A stretch of DNA of 38,954 nt from Nanobdellota archaeon (GTDB taxonomy: Archaea; Nanobdellota; Nanobdellia; Woesearchaeales; JAHJEM01): positions 1-38,954 of the forward strand of contig JAHJEM010000067.1 in NCBI GenBank assembly GCA_018825425.1. Reading direction: 5' to 3'. This document shows, piece after piece, positions 8,748 to 18,192 of the stretch. Position 1 is the first letter of the stretch, and each line of letters begins with the position of its first letter. The notes below the pieces were generated by a model. It was not told where the DNA came from. It was given only the letters and a program-made list of their open reading frames with translations, and did not search any database. Both the position numbers and the translations under genes were made by a program.

Positions 8748-11276
8748 CTATGGCTTTAATTCTTCGAGCTGTTTCTTAAACTTCAAGACTGTGTTTAACA
8801 CAAAATGTTTCTGGGTCTTTAGAATTTTTGCAGCTTCCTCCAGTACATCACCAGAAAATGTCTCTTGACTGGTGAGTGTAAAACACTCTTTTTGGATTGG
8901 TTTTTTCTTTTTATGTGCTTTGGTGGCCTGCTTCCAATGGCCAAATAGTTCTTTTGCCCTGCCAGGTATCTGATCAGGATTACATTCAAGGATTTTGGCA
9001 ACTTCAGATTCTTGTTTCCCCTTAGTCTGATCGTGTAGAGTGGCTGCATTTCCTGCCACAAATTCAATTCTTATGACACCATCCTGTATTTTGGTGGTAC
9101 GGATTATCTTGATCTGTTTGATGTCACCCGTGACACTCAAGTGAGTGCCTCCGCATGCTTCCACATCAAAGCCGTCTATATTCACAATGCGTAGTCTTTT
9201 TCCAGGTACAGCTCCACCTTGGTAAAGCCTAAATCCATATTCCTTTTCTGCAATATTTCTAGAAACAAATGTTGATATTACAGGTCTGTTATCTTTAACA
9301 ACCTTGTTTGCCAAATCTTCGATTTCATTAACCTGTTTCTCTGTAAGATTATCATAATGTGTGATGTCAAGGCGTGCTTTTTCAGGAGTCTTTGCAGCTC
9401 CTGCCTGCCAAATGTGTTCTCCAAGTACGCGACGAGAAGCTCCATTTAGAATATGGGCTGCCGTGTGATGTTGAGCCAGCTGGTATCTTCTCTGAAGGTC
9501 TATCTTGCACACGACTTTGTCTCCTTTCTTGAAATTGGGCTTGCTTTCGAGCTCATGGAGTACGACATTGCCTTGTTTGAAGACTTGGATAACCTTGATG
9601 CCATTCATCTCTCCAATGTCATGCATCTGACCGCCGCTTGTGGGATAGAATGCGGTCTCATTGAGTGCGACCTTGTTTCCGTCAACAATCTTCTCTACAA
9701 ACCCATTAAAGGCCACAAGATCCCACTTCGTGTAATAGAGGATGCCTGTTTCAGCAACCTCGTCCAGATTGTAAAGTTGCTCCTTCTTGGTCTTGTACTT
9801 GGATTGTTCGTCCTTTTCGTGTTTTTCAGAAATTTTAGCATAGAATCGTTCAGGCAACTTGATATCAATGCCTTGTTTTTTGGCTTGCTTCTGTATTTCT
9901 TCAGGAAGAATACCTTGAGAATCATACAGCTCCAAAAGTTTTGACTCTATCTGTGGGGCCTTACTTGTCCGGACCAGTTTTGAGATGAGCTGAGTATTTC
10001 TTTTCTTGTTTTCATCATGCTTTCGCTTTTCAACAGCCAGGATTTCCTTGACCAGATCAATTTGGGAAGATAGTTCTGGATACTGTGGCTTGAGATAGTG
10101 TGCGTGGAGTTCAATTACCTTGTCAAGGTTCAATTCCCAATCATACTTTTCAATGAATGATTGGATCCTCCTGAATAATACCCTCAGATTATATCCTCCT
10201 CCAACATTGCTTGGAAGAGCTCCATCACTTAATGCATATAGAAGGGTTCGTGTATGGTCTGCAATAGAATATGCTGCAGCAAGAGGGAGCACGTTCTCTT
10301 TTAGCGTGTTTGTATCTACACCAAGGGTCTTAGCAACCTCTGTCCATTGTTTATCCACATCATCAATCTCATCAATATTCAGGGTTCCAGCCAGATGGAC
10401 AAATTTAGAGATGAGTTCCTTATCTTGCTTGATATTAAGTTTTGATAAAAGATACTTCATGACTGTGGGAAATGTAACATCATAAAGAGTTGGACTTCCT
10501 GACAAGAACCATGCGCATCTTTCCTGTCCCATACCCATGTCCAGGACCTTTTGCTTGAGCTCTTTTGGGCCACTAGGTGCACTTTCGAACATCATGTATA
10601 CTTGGTTTCCGATCTCTACTCCGCCAGAGAAAAATTCAAGGCAAGGACCAAAGTTGCCACCGCCAGCCCACGCGTCCTCATGGATGACAAATTCTTCTGG
10701 CTTAAGCTTCATTCCTTGGATATACCAATTGTAATAGTCTTGGAACAGTTCTTCTTGATTGAACTTATCTTTAGGCAGAAATGCGTGTTGGCCAATCATG
10801 GTAAAACCAGTGAGATGGCCTCCTGTAATTCCAACATTATCAGTATCATTGAATCGTATGCAGGTCTGAGGTACCACAAGCTTCTCTGCAGGAGGCTCAA
10901 CCTCTCCAGAAACCACATATGGCTGGAAATCTGCAATGCTTGCAAGTGTGAAGTGCATTGAGGGGTTCCATCGGGCTACTGTGGGATATCTCTTTATGCT
11001 TGTGTAGCCTTGTTTCTTGAATAGTTTCTCAAAGCGACGCCATACCTCAATAAAATCAACATTTTCCCTCTTTTTGCCTATAAATGAGTATCTGCCTTCA
11101 CATTCAGAGTCTCCGCATACCTCTCTTTGCTTAGTAGACCAGAATGCTCTATGACAATTCGTGCATTTAAGGCGTGAGAATCCTAATTCCTCGAGTTTTT
11201 TGACTGGAAAAAAGGTCTTGTATTCCGTTTCCAATCTTTTCTTGAGATTGGCTTTGAGTTCCTTATCAGATGTCAT
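8748..11276 (-). CDS. alaS: Alanyl-tRNA synthetase (archaeal type)
   Basis: N-terminal CxxC...C Zn site, ASIADFQP, CIRFND, DMGMGQER, IADHTR, GGGYNLR, FYPTSGGQ, and editing motifs HHTAAH and CGGTH. Confidence 0.97.
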   Translation of the reverse strand: MTSDKELKANLKKRLETEYKTFFPVKKLEELGFSRLKCTNCHRAFWSTKQREVCGDSECEGRYSFIGKKRENVDFIEVWRRFEKLFKKQGYTSIKRYPTVARWNPSMHFTLASIADFQPYVVSGEVEPPAEKLVVPQTCIRFNDTDNVGITGGHLTGFTMIGQHAFLPKDKFNQEELFQDYYNWYIQGMKLKPEEFVIHEDAWAGGGNFGPCLEFFSGGVEIGNQVYMMFESAPSGPKELKQKVLDMGMGQERCAWFLSGSPTLYDVTFPTVMKYLLSKLNIKQDKELISKFVHLAGTLNIDEIDDVDKQWTEVAKTLGVDTNTLKENVLPLAAAYSIADHTRTLLYALSDGALPSNVGGGYNLRVLFRRIQSFIEKYDWELNLDKVIELHAHYLKPQYPELSSQIDLVKEILAVEKRKHDENKKRNTQLISKLVRTSKAPQIESKLLELYDSQGILPEEIQKQAKKQGIDIKLPERFYAKISEKHEKDEQSKYKTKKEQLYNLDEVAETGILYYTKWDLVAFNGFVEKIVDGNKVALNETAFYPTSGGQMHDIGEMNGIKVIQVFKQGNVVLHELESKPNFKKGDKVVCKIDLQRRYQLAQHHTAAHILNGASRRVLGEHIWQAGAAKTPEKARLDITHYDNLTEKQVNEIEDLANKVVKDNRPVISTFVSRNIAEKEYGFRLYQGGAVPGKRLRIVNIDGFDVEACGGTHLSVTGDIKQIKIIRTTKIQDGVIRIEFVAGNAATLHDQTKGKQESEVAKILECNPDQIPGRAKELFGHWKQATKAHKKKKPIQKECFTLTSQETFSGDVLEEAAKILKTQKHFVLNTVLKFKKQLEELKP

Positions 11277-11391
11277 GAATGTAAAAAGATGTATTATGGT
11301 TATAAATGTTTTGTTGGATTCTGATGTGTTCCACCTAGATATCTCTTAACAACAAAAAAATCAAAGAAAAAGAATCAAAATAAAAAAAGGT

Positions 11392-11925
11392 TTACTTATA
11401 AGGTTTGACACTGATTACGCCTTCGACTTTTTTGTTGTAAGCACTTCCACCCTTTTTATAATCAATTATTATAACCAGTTTTGGTCGGTCACTTTCAATG
11501 AGCTCAAGACCTTCACTTTCCAGATCATATATGAATTCTCTTTGTGAATCTGCTTTCCAAGTGGCATCGGGATCTGTTAGGCCACATTCCTTACTTGCAG
11601 CTACACAAGAACAAGCGGTTCCACCAGAGCCAAAGCCCTCACATTCAAGCGTGACTGAATTTACTGTGATAGCATATCCAAACCCATTGGTTAATTGTGC
11701 TCTAATAACACTTTGAGATCCTCCAGCACCTGCATCTTCATCAACGTACGCCACGAAGTCTCCACAGCCTATTCCTGTCCCAAATATGCACTTATCAGGT
11801 AATAGTTTATACGGGTTTATCACTCCAAAGTATGATAATGCACCGATCATGACCAGTATTACCATAAAAGCCCATCCATAGGTTGTTAAGAATTCAAGAG
11901 CAGCTTGTCCTTTAGTGTTTCTCAT
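11392..11925 (-). CDS. Archaeal type IV pilin with class III signal peptide
   Basis: KG|QAALEFLTTYGW followed by a hydrophobic helix. GAGGT SD-like sequence upstream; sits in the pilus ATPase locus. Confidence 0.88.
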   Translation of the reverse strand: MRNTKGQAALEFLTTYGWAFMVILVMIGALSYFGVINPYKLLPDKCIFGTGIGCGDFVAYVDEDAGAGGSQSVIRAQLTNGFGYAITVNSVTLECEGFGSGGTACSCVAASKECGLTDPDATWKADSQREFIYDLESEGLELIESDRPKLVIIIDYKKGGSAYNKKVEGVISVKPYK

Positions 11926-11937
11926 TTTTATTCTACC

Positions 11938-12174
11938 TCATAGTTTCTTGTGATGCCAAAAAAAATCCTCATCCATGCGTACAATTACACCCAATGCTAT
12001 AATCACAAGCAGGCAAAGAGTGAATATCATACCGAACATAAGTGTAATGATGACATCATAATCTGGTTCCCTACCAATAATAAATCGTGCAAAAGCGATT
12101 CCAAACACTATTGTGAGTGAAATTAGCACTGTAAGAATCCATTTATGCTGTCTGTGGGTAATCTTGTCTCCCAT
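11938..12174 (-). CDS. Small 2-TM membrane protein
   Basis: 78 aa with two hydrophobic helices. GAGGA upstream; ends 12 nt before the pilin start. Confidence 0.65.
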   Translation of the reverse strand: MGDKITHRQHKWILTVLISLTIVFGIAFARFIIGREPDYDVIITLMFGMIFTLCLLVIIALGVIVRMDEDFFWHHKKL

Positions 12175-12200
12175 ATTGATATCCTCGTATTATCTGATAT

Positions 12201-12331
12201 ATAGCAAAGGCACTAAATTTTCGAACAATTTTAGCCTTTGCTATGGTCCAGAGGAACTAACAATTAATATTGATTACTTTGCACTTGTGCAAAGTTTGAA
12301 AAATCTTTGATTTTTCATTATTTAGTTCCTC
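12201..12331. repeat. Cluster of inverted repeats (structured intergenic element)
   Basis: ATAGCAAAGGC (12201-11)/GCCTTTGCTAT (12234-44). GAGGAACTAA (12251-60)/TTAGTTCCTC (12322-31) encloses ACTTTGCAC-tt-GTGCAAAGT (12276-95) and GAAAAATC-ttt-GATTTTTC (12298-316). Confidence 0.8.
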
Positions 12332-12334
12332 AGG

Positions 12335-12350
12335 TATATAAATGTTTTCG
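12335..12350 (-). promoter_or_regulatory. BRE-TATA promoter pointing toward the small membrane protein and pilin genes
   Basis: Minus strand reads CGAAAACA-TTTATATA, a consensus archaeal BRE plus TATA box. Confidence 0.6.
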
Positions 12351-13382
12351 TCATCCCATTGCAATGCCTGCAAAGGCACTCTGCAGTACTGCAGACATTA
12401 TCAAATAAACTAGTAATGATCCTATTAGGAATGCCGGTATATACTTCAATCCGCCTCTGATACTTCCTTTCTCAATTATGGATATGATCATGGATGAAAA
12501 CACAGCTATTGTACCTATGGCAAGCATTGAAAAGATCCTGAAGTGCTCTGGTTTGATACTTGCCTCACCAAATTTCATTGGGATGGGTGATGCACCCATA
12601 CCTGCACCAGTCAAACTGGACGTAAAACCAATAATTATCCTGAGAAGCTGTGCTGAAAGGGCAAAGAGCCCAGGACTGATCATGGTGACAATAACACCTA
12701 TAAAAATCATGTATGATACAGTGGCTGCTGCCATTTCCGCTTTCAATGCCCTGGTCTTTCTCAAGTTCTCAATTATTTTATCGATTATCTGAGTGATTTT
12801 ACCGCCGCTTTCTATCTCTCCGATCAGAAGATTCATGGATCTTCTAAGAATAGGACTTTCATACTTGTTTGCAAACTCTGTAAGCGCTTCTGTCACGTCA
12901 TTACCAGTCATGACCTTTTTTGAGACAATGGTTATTTCTTTGGCAAGAATTCCGAATTCTGGTTTGATAGCCGTCCATAGGCTCTTCTCGAAACTAAGAC
13001 CGCCTTTAAGATTGGTGCTTACAAGTGTCAGATAATCAGGCAGTCGATCTTCTAATTCTTGGGTTCTTTTGTAGATCTTGATATTGTAATAGAAGTACAT
13101 AATTGCAAAGAGCATAAATGAGATCAATAGTTGAATAAATACCCAACCTAAAAAAGAAAGGATTCCGATGGAGACTGCACTTAGGTTGCTGATCGGGTGA
13201 TAAATAACGAACAGAAACGTCGGTACAGTCAGGACAACTCCAAGAAAAAAGAGGATTCCAAAAGCTTCATAAGGTACTTCCTCAAAGCCAGCCTTAAACA
13301 GATAGTCCCTGATTCTAGGCCTGAACCTCTTAAAAAGAAATGCCTGTCCAATTTTTTCCAAAAAAAGGGTAGCGTTTGTCAT
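12351..13382 (-). CDS. Type II secretion F / TadC-like pilus platform membrane protein
   Basis: LEDRLPDYL...NLKGGLS...PEFGILAKEI...G T2SSF pattern with several TM helices; overlaps the upstream paralog by 4 nt. Confidence 0.9.
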   Translation of the reverse strand: MTNATLFLEKIGQAFLFKRFRPRIRDYLFKAGFEEVPYEAFGILFFLGVVLTVPTFLFVIYHPISNLSAVSIGILSFLGWVFIQLLISFMLFAIMYFYYNIKIYKRTQELEDRLPDYLTLVSTNLKGGLSFEKSLWTAIKPEFGILAKEITIVSKKVMTGNDVTEALTEFANKYESPILRRSMNLLIGEIESGGKITQIIDKIIENLRKTRALKAEMAAATVSYMIFIGVIVTMISPGLFALSAQLLRIIIGFTSSLTGAGMGASPIPMKFGEASIKPEHFRIFSMLAIGTIAVFSSMIISIIEKGSIRGGLKYIPAFLIGSLLVYLIMSAVLQSAFAGIAMG

Positions 13383-14188
13383 ATGTTCACATCAGGTCTG
13401 ATCATTTTGAATGCTGAGATAAATATTAACTGAACTAGTGCAAGGAAGAAGACAATGATCATGAAGGCACCGAGTGGCATAGCTAGGCTGACAAGACTTG
13501 CAACTACAATAAATATGGTGACGCCTAGTGACGGAACCACAATTGCAATGAGCATATAGAACAATGTCATGCTGTTGAGCTTCTTTCCATATCTCTTGAT
13601 CTCAATAAGTTGCTCTTCTGCAATCTCGTCAAGTATGCTGCTCAGAAAATTGCTTACATCAATTCCTATCTTCAATGCGTTGGTTATCTGAAAAAGAATT
13701 TTCCTGAATTTTTGAGAAGGTGTATAATATGATTCCATCTCTAACGCCTGTTCTAAGGGTGTTCCCAATTCGATTTCTCTTACGATTTCTTTGAAGTACT
13801 TGTTGGCAACACCATAACTCTTTGAAGCCTCCACAAGTGCATTAATCAAAGGTTCTCCTGTATTTAGCTTAATCAGCAAGAATCGGCCGGCAAACAATAC
13901 TTCCCTGTCAATATCCTTCTCTCTTCTTCGAATCACTACCTGTACTTGCCTCATGAAAAGTGAGAAGAAAGCAAAAAAGAAAATTATGATGGTGACAACT
14001 ATCATTATGATTCCAATTCCCATTTTTGATAGTACAAAGAATGCAAAGATGCCCATTCCAATTGACATGAATAGAGCTGCTTGAAATTTTTGTTTCACAT
14101 ACTCTACTGGAGTCTGGTTAATATGTGCAATTCTAAGATCCTTTTTCAGTTCTGGAAATCGCGATGCTAATTGCTCATAAAAACTCAT
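13379..14188 (-). CDS. Type II secretion F / TadB-TadC-like membrane protein
   Basis: TM helices plus EIVREIELGTPLEQAL...FRKILFQI...KRYGKKLN; adjacent to the ATPase. Confidence 0.9.
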   Translation of the reverse strand: MSFYEQLASRFPELKKDLRIAHINQTPVEYVKQKFQAALFMSIGMGIFAFFVLSKMGIGIIMIVVTIIIFFFAFFSLFMRQVQVVIRRREKDIDREVLFAGRFLLIKLNTGEPLINALVEASKSYGVANKYFKEIVREIELGTPLEQALEMESYYTPSQKFRKILFQITNALKIGIDVSNFLSSILDEIAEEQLIEIKRYGKKLNSMTLFYMLIAIVVPSLGVTIFIVVASLVSLAMPLGAFMIIVFFLALVQLIFISAFKMIRPDVNI

Positions 14189-14239
14189 TGTAATTTAATG
14201 GATTAACCACCCTCACCTCTTTTATTAATAATTCCGACA

Positions 14240-15697
14240 TTATTCAAGTTTTAAATGTCCCATGTAATACTTACTCAGGACAAGTCCAATCTCATTGACA
14301 TTTTCAATCCTCTCTTTGACCAACCATTTCAGGATCCTGATTTTCTGTCTCAGGTCAAGCTCAATTTCCGCTCTTGAAAGGCCAGTATATAGTTCAAGTC
14401 TATCGATCATGGTTGTTGACTCATTAACTTTTTCGAGTACGTCCTCATGAATGTTTAGCTGGAGAAGGATGCTAGGATCCCCATTTGGAAGTATTTCTGC
14501 GACCTGTAGAGTTCTTCTTTTATTTGTTCTTCTGTTCCTGTTCTGGACAATGACCAGAGATAGAGAGGATATCATAGGTTTTGGAATATCAATAGGAGGG
14601 TTAGTAAGTCTTGTCACAACCTCACTTGCATTATTGGCGTGGATTGTTGCGTAAACACTGTGACCTGTATGCATAGCTTCAAGCAATACTTGGGCTTCTC
14701 TCTGTCTTCTGATCTCACCTACCATGATCCTGTCTGGTCTCATCCTCAGGGTGTTTACCAGTAGGTCAAGCATGCATACTCCGCCTTTTCCTTCAGGATT
14801 TGGCAGTCTGGTTTCCAGTGGAACCCAGTGCAGTGTTTTTGGAAGTGTTAGCTCTCTTGTATCCTCAATACTAATTATTCTTTGATTCGGAGGAAAGAAG
14901 TTACTGATTACATTAAGCATGGATGTCTTACCGGCTCCAGTACCTCCTGCAATTAGAATTGACAGTTCGTTTTGGATTGCAAGCCAAATAAGTGCTGCAG
15001 CATCAACACTTATGGTGCCGAATCGTATGAACCTAGAAATGGTCCAGGGGTCTTCAGCGAACTTTCTTATTGTGATGGTATTTCCAAAATTTGAGATGGG
15101 CATAAGAGTCGCATTTACCCTGTCTCCTGACTTGAGGTGTGCATCCATAAGAGGGTTAAGGGTTGTAATCTCTTTTCCGACGTCTCTACCGATTATGGTT
15201 GCAAAGTGCCTGATTCTTGCCTCAGAGAAAATTCTGATATTGGTTGTGAGCCAACCAAATTTCTTATGATATACCCATACAGGCTCCTTTGAATTGTTGA
15301 TGACAATCTCTTCTAGGTCAGGATCCCTAAGAAGGATCTCAATCTTACCCAGACCCAGGTTTTCTTCGCTAATATAGTTAATCAGCATATTTCTGGTTTT
15401 TTCATTGCAGCCAGGAAAGTATTTTGTAACAAGCTCTCCTATCTCTCTTCTGAACTTCTCTCTGATGTTCTCATTTCTTGTATCCTCACTTGCCTCAATG
15501 TCGTTGAGGTTAGCTCTTGAAATGAAGTCTTGTCTGATCTTTTCAAGTATGATCTTGGTAGTGTCAGAGATGTTGGTGATGGAAACGATATAGTCTGGAA
15601 CTGGTTTATCGTCTCTGCTCACCACTCTAACTTCGATTATGATGTTATTCATATTCAAAGTGTACTTATCTACAATATTTTTATTCACGACTGCCAT
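14240..15697 (-). CDS. CpaF/TadA/VirB11-family pilus assembly ATPase
   Basis: Walker A GGTGAGKT, Asp box SIEDTREL, LRMRPDRIMVGE (Walker B) and His box TGHSVYATIHA. Confidence 0.95.
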   Translation of the reverse strand: MAVVNKNIVDKYTLNMNNIIIEVRVVSRDDKPVPDYIVSITNISDTTKIILEKIRQDFISRANLNDIEASEDTRNENIREKFRREIGELVTKYFPGCNEKTRNMLINYISEENLGLGKIEILLRDPDLEEIVINNSKEPVWVYHKKFGWLTTNIRIFSEARIRHFATIIGRDVGKEITTLNPLMDAHLKSGDRVNATLMPISNFGNTITIRKFAEDPWTISRFIRFGTISVDAAALIWLAIQNELSILIAGGTGAGKTSMLNVISNFFPPNQRIISIEDTRELTLPKTLHWVPLETRLPNPEGKGGVCMLDLLVNTLRMRPDRIMVGEIRRQREAQVLLEAMHTGHSVYATIHANNASEVVTRLTNPPIDIPKPMISSLSLVIVQNRNRRTNKRRTLQVAEILPNGDPSILLQLNIHEDVLEKVNESTTMIDRLELYTGLSRAEIELDLRQKIRILKWLVKERIENVNEIGLVLSKYYMGHLKLE

Positions 15698-17573
15698 TTT
15701 TTGCCTCTCTTAGCCGTATCTTGGCTGCTATATTGTCAGGGTCTTTCTCCAGGATTTGACGAAAAATCTCTGCAGCTTTGTTATGTCTGTGGTTATAAAG
15801 CAAGAAAACTCCTCTCAGATACATATCTGTAGTTTCTGAATCCTGAGCCTTCTCTTCGCTTGCCTTTTGAATGTTTTTCTCTTTGGTTTGCACATGCTTA
15901 GACTCATACTCTTTGAGTTTTCTTTCATAATTCCTAATTACGTCAGAACAATAATGTCTTTGCTCCTCATTATTAATATGTATTGTTAAGTCTTTAGCTC
16001 TTTTCAGATATTCTCTTGCATCATCGAATTGGGAGTTTATTGTGGCTGTTCTGATAGCGTGTAGTTCTTGTTTCAGGTCATTTAGCACTCTTTGTGGTGA
16101 TTTGCCTATAGGTGCCTTCTCAACGAATTTTATCTGATTAAAGAGTTCCACTAATTCATGCTGGATTTTTTTCTTTGGTTCTCCGTTTGGGAATGCGTTG
16201 AATGCACCTCTTATATGTCTGTATTCTTTTTTTGCGCCCAATATGTCGTGGGCTAGCAGTCTAACATTCACTTTTACCATGCTTTGCTTGATAATCTCAA
16301 GCATTCGAATCTCTGTTTGATTATGATGTTGGGTCCTCAGTAACTGTAGTTTTTCTTTGTTTAGCTGAAGCTCTTTCATACTTTTTACTTCAGTATCAAT
16401 CATCTCTCCTTCTTGTGTAACTTGATTCTTTTTGTTTTTTATATCTTCTGCTTCAGTTTCAAGTAAATGTTTATGTTCAGCAGCAAGCCTCTCTCTTTGA
16501 AAAGCTAGTTCATCAATACCATTCTGGATCTTAAGGTCTGTTTTAGCGAGATCATCTTCCATCATTTGCTTTTTTCTCTGTTCCAGAAGCATATCGTGTT
16601 CTGCTTCCATCTCTACCTGCTTTCGCAAGTCATCTTGTGAAATGGACTGGGCCTCTCTTTTTTGCATAAGTTCTGTAGTGATAGTGTTAACCATATCTCT
16701 TAAGGTGTCGTTTGATACTTGTGTGGTTTGAGTCTGTAGAGGTGTAGCTTGTGGTGTTTGTTGCACAATAACTTGGGGGGGTGATTGTACTATTTGAGGA
16801 AGAGGAGGTAAGGTTTGAGGTTGTCCAGGGATTGCTTGGACAGTTTGTGGAGGTGCTGCTTGAACAACTTGAGGTTGTGCTTGTACTGTTCCTCCTTGCA
16901 GCACTGGTTGTGCTTGGCTCGGAGCTGCGTTGACCTGTTGAAATACAGGTTGCATTATTTCTCTTTCGACAATTACCTGCTGGCGTGCTCCTCCAAATAT
17001 CTTGGACAATTCCTTGGATTCTTCCATAGGAATATCATTTGCGATCTGCTCAGCAACAGATCTGATAAAATCCGCTTGCAAGTGTCCTTTTTTGTCATCT
17101 TTGCCTGTGTCAGTTCTCAGAAGATTTTGACCCTCTTCTGCAGCAGGCGTTTTATGTTTACTTTCTTGCTCTTTTTCCAATGCAGACAGTATCTTATCAG
17201 GCATAGTTGGGCTATCAAAATAGTGTTGCTGGCCATGATAATCAAGTTCTAAGGAAAGTGAATTCTTAAGGCCATGTTCCTTGATATAATTCTGTAATAG
17301 AATGAATAATTCCTTTAATATGGCATAAATTTTCTTACGAGCAGGATCCTTGAATGCTGTACGATTATATCCTCCTCTGACTGAATCAAAGATATCTTTA
17401 GCAGATGGGAGGTTGTGAGTCATTAGTTGATCATTTAATTCCTTGGCATAATCTCTATCGATGTCAAATATGCTCATCTCGTCATCCCGGACTCCTTTTA
17501 TTGATATATCCTTTTCCTGTTCGACTCTGAGGAATTCTGCAATATCCTGTTTAATGAATTTATCTAGTTCCAT
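15681..17573 (-). CDS. Large helical/coiled-coil protein with a Q/P-rich linker and a C-terminal TPR-like repeat
   Basis: Central QAQP/PQT low-complexity region, heptad-rich segment, and 'YLRGVFLL...AAEIFRQILEKDPDNIAAKIRL' TPR-like end. Overlaps both neighbours. Confidence 0.75.
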   Translation of the reverse strand: MELDKFIKQDIAEFLRVEQEKDISIKGVRDDEMSIFDIDRDYAKELNDQLMTHNLPSAKDIFDSVRGGYNRTAFKDPARKKIYAILKELFILLQNYIKEHGLKNSLSLELDYHGQQHYFDSPTMPDKILSALEKEQESKHKTPAAEEGQNLLRTDTGKDDKKGHLQADFIRSVAEQIANDIPMEESKELSKIFGGARQQVIVEREIMQPVFQQVNAAPSQAQPVLQGGTVQAQPQVVQAAPPQTVQAIPGQPQTLPPLPQIVQSPPQVIVQQTPQATPLQTQTTQVSNDTLRDMVNTITTELMQKREAQSISQDDLRKQVEMEAEHDMLLEQRKKQMMEDDLAKTDLKIQNGIDELAFQRERLAAEHKHLLETEAEDIKNKKNQVTQEGEMIDTEVKSMKELQLNKEKLQLLRTQHHNQTEIRMLEIIKQSMVKVNVRLLAHDILGAKKEYRHIRGAFNAFPNGEPKKKIQHELVELFNQIKFVEKAPIGKSPQRVLNDLKQELHAIRTATINSQFDDAREYLKRAKDLTIHINNEEQRHYCSDVIRNYERKLKEYESKHVQTKEKNIQKASEEKAQDSETTDMYLRGVFLLYNHRHNKAAEIFRQILEKDPDNIAAKIRLREAKNGSRE

Positions 17574-18129
17574 TTACTACCTGTGCCATATATTTTTTCC
17601 ACAACTCTTCTCCATGAGGGAGATTTTTCTTTCTGGTTTCCATTAAGAAAAATTCTTTATTAGCTTCAAGTTTTTTCACAATATGTTGGTTCCAGTATTC
17701 AGGTATTTTTGTAGGTGGAATCTTGTTCTTTGTCGCCCTTTCTTCAAATTCCTTCTTGAAGACAATAAAATTAATCTGTTTGTCCACGGTCTTCGTTGCT
17801 TTTGGACCTTCTTTTGGCTTGTTCAGATAGATGTATGGTGTAGTAAAACTGTATTCAATTCCCAACACCTTTTCTTCAACCAGAAAATCAATCCAAGAAC
17901 GAAGCACACCCTTACCAACATGTAATCTTTTTGCAGTCTCTTCAACAGAAAGTCTCGGAAAACGCTCCAATAATTGCAGCAAATCATCTACACCTGTTGT
18001 TATAGTCTCTTCATCACCTGCTGGTTGAGTTGGAGTCTTGATTGGCTTGTTAGATTTCTTAGTTTCTGGAGCTTTCGCAGGTGATTTTTCTGGGGTTTTC
18101 TCACTTCCCTTTTTTGTAAATATACCCAT
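17560..18129 (-). CDS. Hypothetical protein with a winged-HTH-like domain (pilus locus)
   Basis: Start moved to ATG 18129, which follows GAGGT. 'TGVDDLLQLL...LSVEETAKRL......LRSWIDFLVEEKVL' looks like an HTH. Confidence 0.7.
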   Translation of the reverse strand: MGIFTKKGSEKTPEKSPAKAPETKKSNKPIKTPTQPAGDEETITTGVDDLLQLLERFPRLSVEETAKRLHVGKGVLRSWIDFLVEEKVLGIEYSFTTPYIYLNKPKEGPKATKTVDKQINFIVFKKEFEERATKNKIPPTKIPEYWNQHIVKKLEANKEFFLMETRKKNLPHGEELWKKYMAQVVNGTR

Positions 18130-18192
18130 AACTACCTCAATCAATGGATGGAAGAAGTAGCTTTATAAACTTTTTTTATTATTATCGAGTGG

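Noticed and set aside
12351-15697. Archaellum (flaI/flaJ)
   Set aside because: There is no archaellin or FlaH/F/G here; two platform genes plus a QxxxEF pilin fit a pilus.
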